From Macrostomum hystrix (taxonomy: Eukaryota; Animalia; Platyhelminthes), in the NCBI GenBank assembly GCA_950097015.1, contig CATNEN010000039.1, positions 12,772,001 through 12,836,000 of the forward strand: a stretch of DNA of 64,000 bases, written 5' to 3'. Under the pieces are notes generated by a model that made no database searches, was not told where the DNA came from, and saw nothing but the letters and a program-made list of their open reading frames with translations. Shown one piece after another: positions 1 through 12,300 of the stretch. A program made the position numbers and the translations under genes. Every line of letters begins with the position of its first letter. Within the stretch, counting starts at the first letter, position 1.

Positions 1-465
1 ATGGGTCACATGACAGCTTAGAGACAAGGGGCTACAGTGGAGGTCGATGGACTTCCCCGTCAAATTACTGATGTCTGGCTGGCCCTAGGCTTGCAACTAT
101 AGCTGCCTAGAGTAGAACAAGCTGCCTTGAGTTGAGCCGAATGGCAAACCCCGGCAATCAAGTTGAGAGAGGCCAGCACCAGTCCACTACAAAGCTTAAT
201 CTCTTTTGATCTTGAGATAAGGGAGAAATGTTGTACATGTACTTTAACTATCTTTGTTGTTAGTTAACTGTTGCCGCTGCTTAAGCAGCCAGACTGTTCT
301 GACCAATGCCGCTGCTTAAGTAGCCATAGACTGTTCTGTACCCCACTTAACAAGTGTGCGAGGCCCAGCCCCTTACAAATATATGCACCTTCTTGTGTTC
401 CCTTCTGCATCTAGCTTTAATGACTTAGCTAGAATTATGTAATTTTTAATTTATATATGATAACA
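1..465 (+). mobile_element. Degenerate 3' end of a Gypsy-like LTR retrotransposon (integrase tail, polypurine tract, probable 3' LTR starting at 229)
   Basis: Frame 1 from base 1 reads GHMTA*RQGATVEVDGLPRQITDVWL, resembling the TVEVDGxPRHxxD integrase C-terminal motif. A purine tract GAGATAAGGGAGAAA (214-228) is directly followed by TGTTG (229). A possible LTR end TAACA lies at 461-465, but this right boundary is uncertain. Confidence 0.45.
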
Positions 466-837
466 TTGATATTCATCAGCATACATTAAAACAGGAGGTC
501 ATTTTTTCTGGAGTACATGCTGAGTCTTCGAGTCTTTGACACATCGATATGAAGTTATTTTCTGAGAAAGTGGTGTTATTGATAAATTTTTTCACAATAT
601 ACGCACTTAGCTCCGGAACTTTCAGAAAAATCCTAGCATTATAATAAATTATAATTAATAAGACATTTACATTACACTTCCATGCAAAGCTTGATGACAT
701 AATTAGTTATTCCAATTTATATATTATACATATTGGCAGACGAAACGACTATATCGTGTATTGGTAGACGAAAAGGCGGCAGACGAAATGACCATCAACC
801 AACAGGCACGAGGCACTAAAACCCCATAAAAAATTGC

Positions 838-2148
838 GGCAATCCTACACTTCCATTCGGTAAATTATTTTCACATTTGAATTCGTACCACCGAGTCAAA
901 TGACGTCGATTGGCAATGTGTCTATGGCCAAAAGTTTGAGCGAACAGAGTTTAAAGGGGTGTCAGTTTAAGGGAGCTGTTGCTTATGAGCTGCTTGTTTT
1001 ATTGAGCTTCAATTTCTCATATCTTTCTGTCTTCATTGCCATGGCTGGGCGACCTGCAGCACCCGGGTTCATCATCCCGTTAAATGAGGTTCGAAACACC
1101 GCCGAGCTACTCAATCTCAACATGTCGCTACAGGATCTGCACATCGTCACCCAGGACACGCTGTCTGCAATGCAGTGATTGGCGAAGTACCATCTGCTTG
1201 GCAACACTCGCAACTGTCCATGTGGAACAAACATGAGGCTGCAGCAGCGCCAGGGAGAATGCTACATCGACGGATACACATGGGACTGTCGAGCGTACCA
1301 TGCCTAAGTGAACATCCGCAAGGGCTCCTTCTTCGAGGGTTTGCACTTGAAGTTGGTCCAGATTGTCGACCTGACGTACTGGTGGTCCCTGGAGACTAAG
1401 TTGGCAGAGGCAATGAGCCAGTGTGGCATTGGCAGTTGGAGTACAATCGTGGACTGGCACCAGTTCCTGAGGGATATATGCCAATAATTCCTCATCGACC
1501 ACCCGCTCAAACTCGGCGGCCCTGGCAAGGAGGTGGAGATTGACGAGTCGAAGTTTATACATCGTAAGTACCATCAGGGGGCCTGGCGCAAGGGCCACTG
1601 GGTCCTAGGTATAGTCGAGCGTGGCTCCAACAAGTGCATGATGATAGTCGTTCCGGATCGCTCTGCCGCCACCTTAGTACCAATCATCCAACGGTTTGTA
1701 CTACCGGGTACGTGCATTATCACCGATGGATGGTTGGCGTACACTGGTCTACCCAACCACGTCTCGGTGAACCATCGGCTACACTTTGTAGATCCAGCGG
1801 ACCCAACAGTCCACACCAACACCGTGGAGGGCAAATGGGCCCACGCGAAGCGCAAGATCCGCAACATGCATGGCACGAGCGATGCTCTCTTCGACGCACA
1901 CATTGAGGAATTTCTCTGGCGTCGTCTGTATCCCCAATGTCCATTTGGGGCTATCCTGTACTGGATTGGACATTACTATCCATTGTAGATACCTTAATGA
2001 CCTGCAGACACACTCTAAGTGACTATGCGCTCTAACAGACTGCTACCATGTTCCACTGTTTCAGTTTTGTTTGGTTACATTGTTATTTAACACGCCTGTT
2101 CAAAATTCAGTGTCAAAATAATTTACCGAACGGAAGTGTAGGATTGCC
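838..2148 (+). mobile_element. Merlin (IS1595/ISXO2-like) DNA transposon, full length, inactivated
   Basis: TIR GGCAATCCTACACTTCCATTCGGTAAATTATTTT at 838; its reverse complement (1 mismatch in 34 bp) ends at 2148. 8-bp TSD AAAATTGC (830-837) / AAAATAGC (2149-2156). An internal transposase is present. Confidence 0.92.
1041..1988 (+). pseudogene. Merlin/ISXO2-type DDE transposase with three in-frame stops
   Basis: One reading frame runs from ATG 1041 to TAG 1988 with internal stops at about 1176, 1305 and 1485. Motifs: N-terminal CPC zinc-ribbon remnant, NIRKGSFFE, VEIDES, WVLGIVER, IITDGW, VNH, HTNTVEGKW. Confidence 0.9.
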
Positions 2149-5100
2149 AAAATAGCATTTTGAAAAATGAGTAAAGGCTGTGGGTCCAACAAAGTCAAGA
2201 CAAAGCAAAGCAGCTACATTATAATTACTGACTCTTAAGTCTTATTTATATTATAAAAAGAAACAAAAATTTTGTACTGATTATATTTTAACTACTAATA
2301 ACAATGGCAACCATGGGACTATGAAACTAAATTTAGAAAAAATGTTTAGGGCTTAGTATATAGAATGGTTAAACAATTTATATTATAGGCGACATAAAGC
2401 CTGTATATAACTTAGTATATCCTATAGCACTCTTTAGGCTATTCATTATCTATCGACTATCCAGAGAGCAGAGTAGAGAAGACTAGTACCTTCTAACCTT
2501 CTGTAGCGGGACCTTATGAGAAAACTTGAGCTCAACGGCATTGTCGAAAGCACTGTACTTAGAGACAAAACAAAAAAAATTAATATTACTACCTATACCG
2601 GAAGATTTCCAAAAACCTGCATTGCGACTTGAAATTCCTATATACATGCACGACGCCGAGCTGCGGCGACTGCACATGAGATCACCTAATCGTAATTTTG
2701 AATTTGCGCAAACGCAGAACAATTACATACGTTTGTTTTAACGTAAAAAACAGTAGTACATTATTTGGCTATTGGCAAAATGCCAGTTACGCCGATAAGA
2801 ATGCAAATATATTATTTGTAAAGTTAAGCGAAACTGATTCACTAACAATTGCTACGAAAGACAGAAAAAAGGAACGATTGGTTTTAACGAATAAGCACAA
2901 AAACAAGCACGATAATTTTTCGCTTTTGAATAATACAAACGGAATAAAATCGATAAGACTACATTTTTCTTGCTAAAATATTACACTGGTCTAATTTCTA
3001 TGAAGTAATAACATTAAGAAAAATAATTTTAGGTGATAAATGGTGAAAAATAGTGAAAAAAAGCGTAAAATTCACAGGTCATAGCGTGCCATTTGTATGA
3101 TCTTAAAAAAAATAATTGAGGTTCGGCCATTAATTTCAGCCCTGCAACACTTAAAAACGTTGTGTAGGGGGCCTATTCTTGTCAGCTTTCACGTCACCGC
3201 ACACTTTGTGTATTCAAGTGCACGTGGTGCGCCGGAGTTGACTGGGGCTATCACGTTTTGCCCAAAGTCAGTTTTGGCTGACGTGATCCTGCAGCTATAG
3301 CTAGCTTCTGTTGCAGTTCTTATTATCTCTTATATATTCCGGATCGACATAACCCATCATGATCAGCACATCGTAGCTATAAGCTGCTGCTCTAAAATGT
3401 CCTTTAGGGTACTAACAAACCGCAAAAGGCCTCTAGCTAGAGTTATAACGACAAATGTTTGCCGAAAGTACAGATGCTGAAATGGCTGTTCCAACGATGA
3501 ATGTGCCATCCATGTACCTGCAGTGGGTAGCATTTTGGAGGTATAAATACAGCACTTGTGGGCGTTGCAATCAGCTTAGATGTCGTCTTTCAGGCCGGCT
3601 CTTTAGCTGATGTCGATGGACCACAAATTCGTCAGGCACGAAAGAACATCGAAGTTTGGACTCAATGGTCGTTGGCTCTTAGGTTTTTTTTTCTGCACGC
3701 TTGCAATTAGATTATACAGATTTTTTTGCAATGCTATAATTAAGTTCCTCAATGGCCGTCGAAAACAAATTAATAATAAAAATTAATATAGCCAGTTCAC
3801 ACTTGAGGGTGCATATTGGATTAAGTCTGCTGGATAACTCTAGCTTCAGCTATGCAATTCACGAATCTGGGGCATTTTTACCAGTCGGGTATAACAAAAT
3901 ACCAACATATTTTATATTTATGCACAAATTAGATTAGTATTTTACTCTTGCGACTGTACATACAAATGCGGCAAAGTTGTCATTAGGTTTACAAATACCG
4001 GCCGAAAAATGTTTATTAGAAAATAAAGTTTCGGTCATTTTTTATTTAAAATTTTATCTAAACCTTGTTTGTGAAGTACCTTTAACGTCGCGAGCTATTA
4101 TTGCGTTTTTGTTGCTGTCTTGATTCTTCTCTTCTATTATCTTGTCCTGCGTCATATTCAAATTCGATTGTATTTATTTAAAAATATTCTTTTTCTTTCA
4201 ATGCGAAACCAAGCCCACAATATTTTTTGCAATAAGAAGGGTCTATCCACGCAGACTAAGCTAGACTAAAATGTAAAGTGTATAAACTATTTTTACCATG
4301 TACTTTTGTTATTCGAATTGTGTTTAGATTAAACAGTTTTAACAAAACGAAATAATATGTAATTTGTATATATTCCTTTAATTTATTCTTGGCTATTTAA
4401 ACAATAGAAATTTTTTAGGAAGCTGATGTTAAACATTGGCACAATCATACTCATAGTGTTGCTGTCACTGCCACAATCAACTGGTTAGATTCTAGAAGCT
4501 ACTATGAATTAGGCTACAGAGGAAAATTATTTTCCTGGTTGCACTTACTTTTTTTGATAGTTAGCTCTGTGAAAAAAATGGGTTTTTGTGGCAACAATTC
4601 TGTACTAGGCCCTATATCTGATGTTCTAGTGGCAAATCAAAGTTTTATCATTAACTAGTCATTAAGAGTCAGGATACATTTTCTCCTCAAGTTCAAGGAC
4701 AATGTCTATTTGTAGGCCTAACTTGTTTACATTTTTCTTTTTTTAAATTCTTTTAGTATATCAGATTATAAAGGCCTACACTATAGGCCTAAGCCAACAT
4801 ACATTAAGGCTATAAGACTAATCATTTTATTTGTCAAGGCTTTCATGTCTACACAGTCACATTCTTGTCAACAAGTTGGCACAATTGGCACAACTGGTAA
4901 AACAAGTACAAAGTATAGTCAATACATTTTGAATTTGAATTTATGAATTATGAAAAAATATAATTGATGATGAAAAGAACTTGATTATGTAATGGCTTAA
5001 AGCAGTAGTATTATAATTAAAAACATTATTTAAAATATTCAAAGAAGGTTGGATAATTCTAGCATACACATACTTATAGCCATAGGCCTTGTGCACATTG

Positions 5101-6382
5101 GCACACATTTAGGGCTGGTGTACTCGTATATACTAGCACAATTTGGCTTTGGCACACATCAACAAAATCAAAGTATTCTATAGTAGGCCCTATGACTTTC
5201 TGGGCCATAGCATATGCTGACTGACTGTCATGTTTTTTTGCACAAAATGGAAGCCTTGAATTTGGCTTTTAAACAAACACTAGAGTCAGTCTTATTCTTT
5301 GCTCTTAAATATGTAAACATTAAATTTATAGCAAATAGAGTTGCACATATTCTCTTTTGTGCTACTTGTTTGCCTTCTCAATAATTTAGTTTTTTCTTCA
5401 CAAAATTTGCTTTATATCATAAAATAATGTTAAACTAGTTAACACTCATTAAATCACAGTTTTTAAGACTTTTGGCTTTTCTGGCACATAATGCTATAAA
5501 CCATTGCCATTTATTTACACAATTTAAACCAAAGCATTTAACAGTCAATAAGCAATAAAAGATTCAATATTTTAATTGTTAGTCAGATCAATGTAGTTAA
5601 TTTATTATTGACCTCTGTTAAACCATGAATTAATTCAATATACTTACATAGTATATTACAGATAAAAACAATAAGAACTTAAATTAAAATCATATTAAAT
5701 TTCTTAGTCTATGTAGATTTTCTAGAATGGGAGCAATAGGGTTCCTATTGCATATTTATCATACTGAAAATTATGTAAAACAAGATGCTGTATACAATGT
5801 TAATCAGTTCTGAATGAAAAGTATTAATAACTTATTTTGTTTAGCCCTGACTTATTTATGTTTTAAGTCTTTGTGATTAAAATATTAATACTTTTGTAGA
5901 CTTGTTTTTTTCGTTTTTTAACTGCTAGGCCTATAAATATATTCATCTATAATCAAACCTACAATACAACATAATGCAACATGCATATTTATAGTTGCTC
6001 TAAAAATCTGTCCTTTATATGGATAATCTAAGGAATCAACTTGATGTTTTTCATTGGTTTAAAATAACTTTTAACATTTACTTATTAGACAGTAGGTTTC
6101 TGATTATACTTTTGATTAAAATCTATAATAGTTGCAATCTGGTTTGCATTTATGTCAAGTTTTCTAGAATTGCATGGTCTCAAAGCCTGTGGCATTTTAT
6201 TTATTCTGTATATCGTTTTGCCTGCATTGTTTTTTACTTTGCTAAATTAATTCAATCTTTTTTAGAAAACCATGTAAGTCAACAATTAGTCACAACTAGC
6301 AAGTTTCAGAGCAAGCAAAACTGTTTAATCTTGCTTCATTACTTTGTTTCAGTAATAATTATTTGCATATTGAGCTGCATCT

Positions 6383-9300
6383 ATGACAATTAAGTACTCA
6401 AAGTCGGAAGATGCTTCCGACACTCAGCAGCAGCAACAGCAGGAGTTGGAAGAGAATGCAGAAAACAGCGACCAACTCACATCATCGGCTGTGCCTCAGA
6501 CCCAGCAGCAGCAGCAGCAGCAGCCGCTGCCCCCACCAATTGGACCAGAGACTATCACTGTGATTGCAGGTGTGTATACATTTTTAAGATTGATCGATAA
6601 AAATGACACTGGCGGATGTGCAGTTAGTGCTAAAGGCTATATAAAGGCTAAAGGCTATATAAGTCCAGTCCATGGACTGGGGAGCCGCCACACTCACTAT
6701 AAGATTCTAACCTAGCTAATGCCCATTTGAAATGGTACCCATTTGAATTATTTTGATCAGCGACACAAATTGCTTCCCCTTAGCTAAGAATCGAACTCCA
6801 GACCTCCTGTACTGAAATCCAAAGCATTGAATAATGGGCTAGAAGCTCCCAGGCTTACTAGAATTGCTTTTTTAATGCTTTGCCTCGCCTCGGTCATTTA
6901 GGCGACGTGGCGCAGCCGACGGAAGCTGCCGACGGCGATGTCGCCGATTCGTCCGACGTCGCCGGCGGCAGCGGATTGGTTCCCCTGTCGACACCCTCCT
7001 CAACCTCGGCAACTGAAGGCGGCGCCGTTGACTCGCCGGGCTCAGTGGCGCCCGCCGCCGCCACCGCCGCCGCCTGCTTGGTGGTGACGCGGGAATCTTT
7101 GCTAGCCGATGGCGGTGAGCCCAAGTTTCCAGTTGAAGAGCTCAACCGTTTGGAAGAGATGATTGGCCGAAATCGATGGGTTGTGCCAGTACTGCCCGAC
7201 GCTGAACTCGAGCACCTACTGCTCGCCACCATCAATCTGATGCGCTTCGATCTCGACGAACAATCGCCAGCCTGCCAGCGCTTTCTTCGCGACGGCTGCG
7301 TCCATTCGTTCAATAAGATCTTCACCGACGAGGCTGTCAACTCGTGGAAGTTTGAGATTCAAAAGTACATCCTGGACTCAGCCAAGCTGCTAATGCAAAT
7401 GATTGTGCTGCGCCTTGAGCAAGATAATCAGCACCTACTGGACCTGCTGCATCTGGTGCTTAATCCCGAGAGTAAATTCCACGTTTTCAACGGTCAGCGC
7501 TCGCCACTGCCGCTGCAGCCTCCAACTCAAGCTGCGATGTCGCCAGCTGCCGCGGCCGCGATGGCAACCGCTTCGGCTTCGGCTGGGATTGTCGGCCCCG
7601 GGCCGGCGCCAGTGTTTGCGGCGCAACGCGAAACCAAGAGTCCAATGCACTGGCTGGTGGATCTGGTGAACTGTTTCGGCCGCTTTGGTGGCTTTCAGGT
7701 TTGAAACCTGTGTTCTACGATGTATTTTGTCCCTAAAATTGATTTCGTAGTTAAGAGCAGAAATTCTTTGGATTTTGGATTTGGTATTTAGCTTTCGAAA
7801 TTTAATGTTTCAATTTAAAATTGAGTTGGGGATTCCAGTAAATTATTGAATTCGGCATTAGAATCTAGGATTCATTTGTAGTATAGTAGATTAAGTTACT
7901 TTTTTCAATGAGTGATTTTGTTACAAGAAAAACGAAGAATTTAAGTTCGAGTTTGAGTTTTAAACCGAATATTGAGTTTGGGATTTCAATCAAAGATTGA
8001 GTTTGGGATTTTAATCTGAAATGAGTTTGGGATTTCATTCAAAGATTAAGTTTGGGATTTTAATCTGAAATGAGTTTGGGATTTCATTCAAAGATTGAGT
8101 TTGGGATTTTAATCCGAAATGAGTTTGGGATTTCAATCAAGGATTGAGTTTGGGATTTTAATCTGAAATGAGTTTTGGATATCAATCTAAGATTGTGTTC
8201 ATTTGTTCGATTACTGATTTGGTATAATGAGAAAGGATTTCTTACTGATTGGTCTCAGATCGCCATCAGTCCTAATCCTGATTCTCTAAAATCGCAGGTT
8301 CTAACGCGCCGCTTTGAGCATCGCGACACCCTGAATGTGTCCGTCATCGCGAGCTTGCTGCGCCCGTTCGGTGCCTGCGCTGAAGTCTTGTTGCCATCCA
8401 CTGTGGCTGCTTATTTCGTGCCCCTGCTGCCTGTAGTTCAGGACTTTCTCAACCGGCTCAGCGACGCCGATCTCAAGCGGGAGAGCAAGTCCGACAAGCA
8501 CGACTGCCTCAGTGGCATTGTGCGCTGCCTGCAGGCCCTGCTGATGCGCCTGCCCGATCAGGACGAAACCACCAGGAATCTGGAGGAGCTCCGTTTGAAG
8601 ATGATTCTGCGCGTACTGCAGCTGTCCTCGTTCAATGGAAAGATGAAGGCGCTAAATGAACTCAACAAGGCCATCACCTCTGTTAGCTATTACCAGCACA
8701 GGTGCAAACAGTGTTATGAGGTTTTGCAATATTCAGGTCATTGGCTCATTTCAGCATCAATATTTAGGTCATTGGCTCATTTCAGCATCAATATTCAGGT
8801 CATTGGCTCATTTCAGCATCAATATTCAGGTCATTGGCTCATTTCAGCATCAATATTCAGGTCATTGGCTCATTTCACCATCAATGTTCAGGTCTTGGCT
8901 CATTTCACCATCAATATTCCGGTCATTGGCTCATTTCACCATCAATATTTAGGTCATTGGCTCATTTCACCATCAATATTCAGGTCATTGGCTCATTTCA
9001 CCATCAATATTTAGGTCATTGGCTCATTTCACCATCAATATTTAGGTCATTGGCTCATTTCACCATCAATATTTAGGTCATTGGCTCATTTCACCATCAA
9101 TATTCAGGTCATTGGCTCATTTCACCATCAATATTTAGGTCATTGGCTCATTTCACCATCAATATTCAGGTCATTGGCTCATTTCACCATCAATATTTAG
9201 GTCAGTAGCTAATTCAGTCGCTTAACTCCACCACTCTGGCAGGCACCGAGATCCTGAAGGCTTCTTGACCCCGGATAAAATAGCCGAATGGATCCAGCGG

Positions 9301-12300
9301 AATCAGGTGCTATCCATTGTGCTCAAAGAGAATCTGCACCAGCCGCAGTATGTTGAGAAGCTTGAGAAGCTTATTAGGTTCATGATTAAAGAGAAACAAT
9401 TGCCAGCTAGCGAGCTGGACAAGATCTGGGACGCCCAGCGCGGCAAACACGAGGCCATCGTGAAGAATGTACACGACCTTCTAGCCAAGCTGGCCTGGGA
9501 CTTCTCCGCTGACCAGTTGGATCATCTGTTTGTCTGCTTTCAAAACTCATGGCGCAATGCGGAAAAGAAGGAGCGAGAGAAACTTTTAGAACTGATTCGC
9601 CGCTTAGCAGAGGACGACAAAGAGGGCGTCATGGCCCAGAAGGTGCTGGAGCTGCTGTGGCAGCTGGCCCACAGTCCTGACTGTCCGATTGACATCATGG
9701 ATCAGGCATTGAGTGCTCACATCAAAATACTCGATTACAGCTGCTCTCAGGTAGGCGGGCGGACGCGGTGGCTATGTTGCATTTGTCTTGCTTAATGAGC
9801 TTGTAGTGCAGTGGTTAGAGCTGCGGACTTCTGATGGAGAGGTCGTGAGTTCGAAGGTTAGTTTAGTTTATTTCGTGGCGATTTCTTCAGTCCATGGACT
9901 GATCAGTAGACTGTCCATGAACTGTACGCAGCCTTTTGAAGCGCCGCTGTACATCTGGCCTAGATGTGTGAAAAAAATGTGTTTATATTAATAATCAACT
10001 GTTGCCCCAATACTGGATAGATGGCTCAAAGTTTTGCTTGGGCCAGTCCATGGACTGGGGGGTTGCCGCCAGACCCACCCGAATTTCAACTCATTTTTCC
10101 GGGAAGATAAAATTAAGCAGTGAGAATTGAGCAGAATTTTACCTGCTAAGATAAGAATGGTTTCAAACATGTAAGAATTTTCCAAATTCTTCACCGCAGG
10201 ATCGAGAGCAGCAGAAACTGCAATGGATCGATCGCACAGTGGCCGAAATGGACAAAGGCGACAAATGGATATTGCCGGCATTGAAGCACATTCGGGATAT
10301 CTGCTGCCTGTTTCACGAGGTATGCTTGCTTTCGATTTGCATATTATATAACCCTCTATAGCATAATCCTGATACGTGAGGGTAACCAACTCCACACATT
10401 TGGCCCTGAATCACGCCCCCAGCCGCCGCACCAGCAATACCAGAAGAACCAATCGCAGGGCTACAGAAATGACGTCATCAATAAGCTAAACAATACGCAC
10501 CATATCTTAACTCGAGTGGCTGCTAATCTTGTGCAGTACACTGAGCAGGCTTCTAACTTTGCTAAAGGTAAGTTTCAAACTGTCTTCTGTCTTCTGCCTG
10601 TACTCCTCAGTATCTACTTCATCAGTACTAATTTGCGCCTTTGAATTAAATTTTGGATCCACAGAGCACCCGGAACACAGTCATCTGGATGTTCTGCCTG
10701 GCGATCGATACAATCACGTCACCCACGTGTCTGAGCGGCTGAAATTTCTGCGATTCCTACTAAAAGACGGCATGCTCTGGCTTGAAGAAGAGCAGGCTGT
10801 TCAGATTTGGAACTGTCTGGCCGTAAGGCCGGTTTACCCCACCGATCGCGAGACCTGCTTTAAGTGGTTCACTAAGGTTAGTTTGTAAAGCAAGCGGAAT
10901 CTTGTAAACTTGTAGTTAGAGCTACGAGTACTTTAGACTTCTGGGCTGAGGTCAGGAGTTCGATTCTGTAAATATTAAGTTGCTGTGGCGGCCCTGTCCA
11001 CCAGTCCTCGGACTGAACTGATGTACACAGTGTACGTATTTGTATTCTAAATTCATAAAAAAGGCTGAACTTCAGTAGGCAAGCCTTGGGTGACCAACTC
11101 TGTGGTTGACCCTGTTAATTAGTGCTTTTACGAATGGCGTTGTTTAATACGGGCTAATTTTATTTTATGCTTGCTACTGTCAGTAGAGCAGTGTGAGCAT
11201 CGCAACTAAAAATGCTTGCTACTGTCAGTAGAGCAGTGTTTATCATCGCAACTAAAAATGCTTGCTACTGTCAGTAGAGCAGTGTTTATCATCGCAACTA
11301 AAAATGCTTGCTACTGTCAGTAGAGCAGTGTTTATCATCGCAACTAAAAATGCTTGCTACTGTCAGTAGAGCAGTGTGAGCATCGCAACAAATATATTCA
11401 ATAAGTGACTGCTTTCTAAATGTATTCTTCATCGCGTTATCCCCTTCCTCAGCTCATGGGAGACGAACCGGATCTGAATCCGGAGATCATGCAGCAATTT
11501 TTCGAGCATCACATCCTGCAGCTGGATCCGCGCTTAGTTACCGAGGCTGGCATCAATTGTTTTCAAAACTTCTTCCGTTCAACCAATCTGCGCGCCGAGA
11601 AGCTGCTAGTTAGGCATCACAGCGCCTACATGGACGACATCAACATGATTGGCAGCGACTACCTGTGGCGCTTGGCCATCGAAGGCTCCGACCTAGTCGC
11701 TGAGAAGGCCACCAACCTGCTGAAGGAGATGTACACCCATCTGGGGCCCAAGCTCACCTCCAAGCTTGCTGTCATTCACGAGGACTTCATTCAGAGCTGC
11801 CTTGACAGGCTTCGGGCCGGCTTCGACACTGTCCGCTGCGTCAAAGGCGACCAGACCGCCGCCACCAAAGTGGCTGAGGAGTGCAGCAAAATGGTGCGCG
11901 TGCTGCACGTGTTCCGCGAGTTTCTCAGCGAAACTGACGACCGATTTGGCGAAGAAAGACAGCAGCCAAGGCTGAGGCACGCCTGGCGGGGTCAAAGCTT
12001 CCGGGTCCAGTTGCGTCTGCAAACAGGACAGGTGAGTGCTTGCTTCTTTGATCAGTGATCTAGTCCTCCTGCCTTTTTATCTTACCTTTTCATCAGACCT
12101 CAACATTTTTTATCTCACTTTGAGACCCCATCCTTTGGAGTCCCACGTTCAGACCCCACCTCTCTACAATCCCACCTTTAGACCCCACCCTTTGGAGCCC
12201 CACCTTCAGGCCCCACCTCTCTACAATCCCACCTTTAGACCCCATCCTTTGGAGTCCCACCATCAGACCCCACCTCTCTACAATCCCACCTTTAGACCCC

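Noticed and set aside
9797-9860. tRNA genes here and at 62943 and 63500
   Set aside because: A/B boxes are present but there is no acceptor-stem cloverleaf; shared downstream bodies indicate SINEs.
10362-10375. 14-nt micro-exon in USP9X intron 5 (AG|CATAATCCTGATAC|GTGAG)
   Set aside because: Inclusion shifts the frame, while the direct 10319-10423 splice is in phase. It could be a poison exon, but nothing here supports that.
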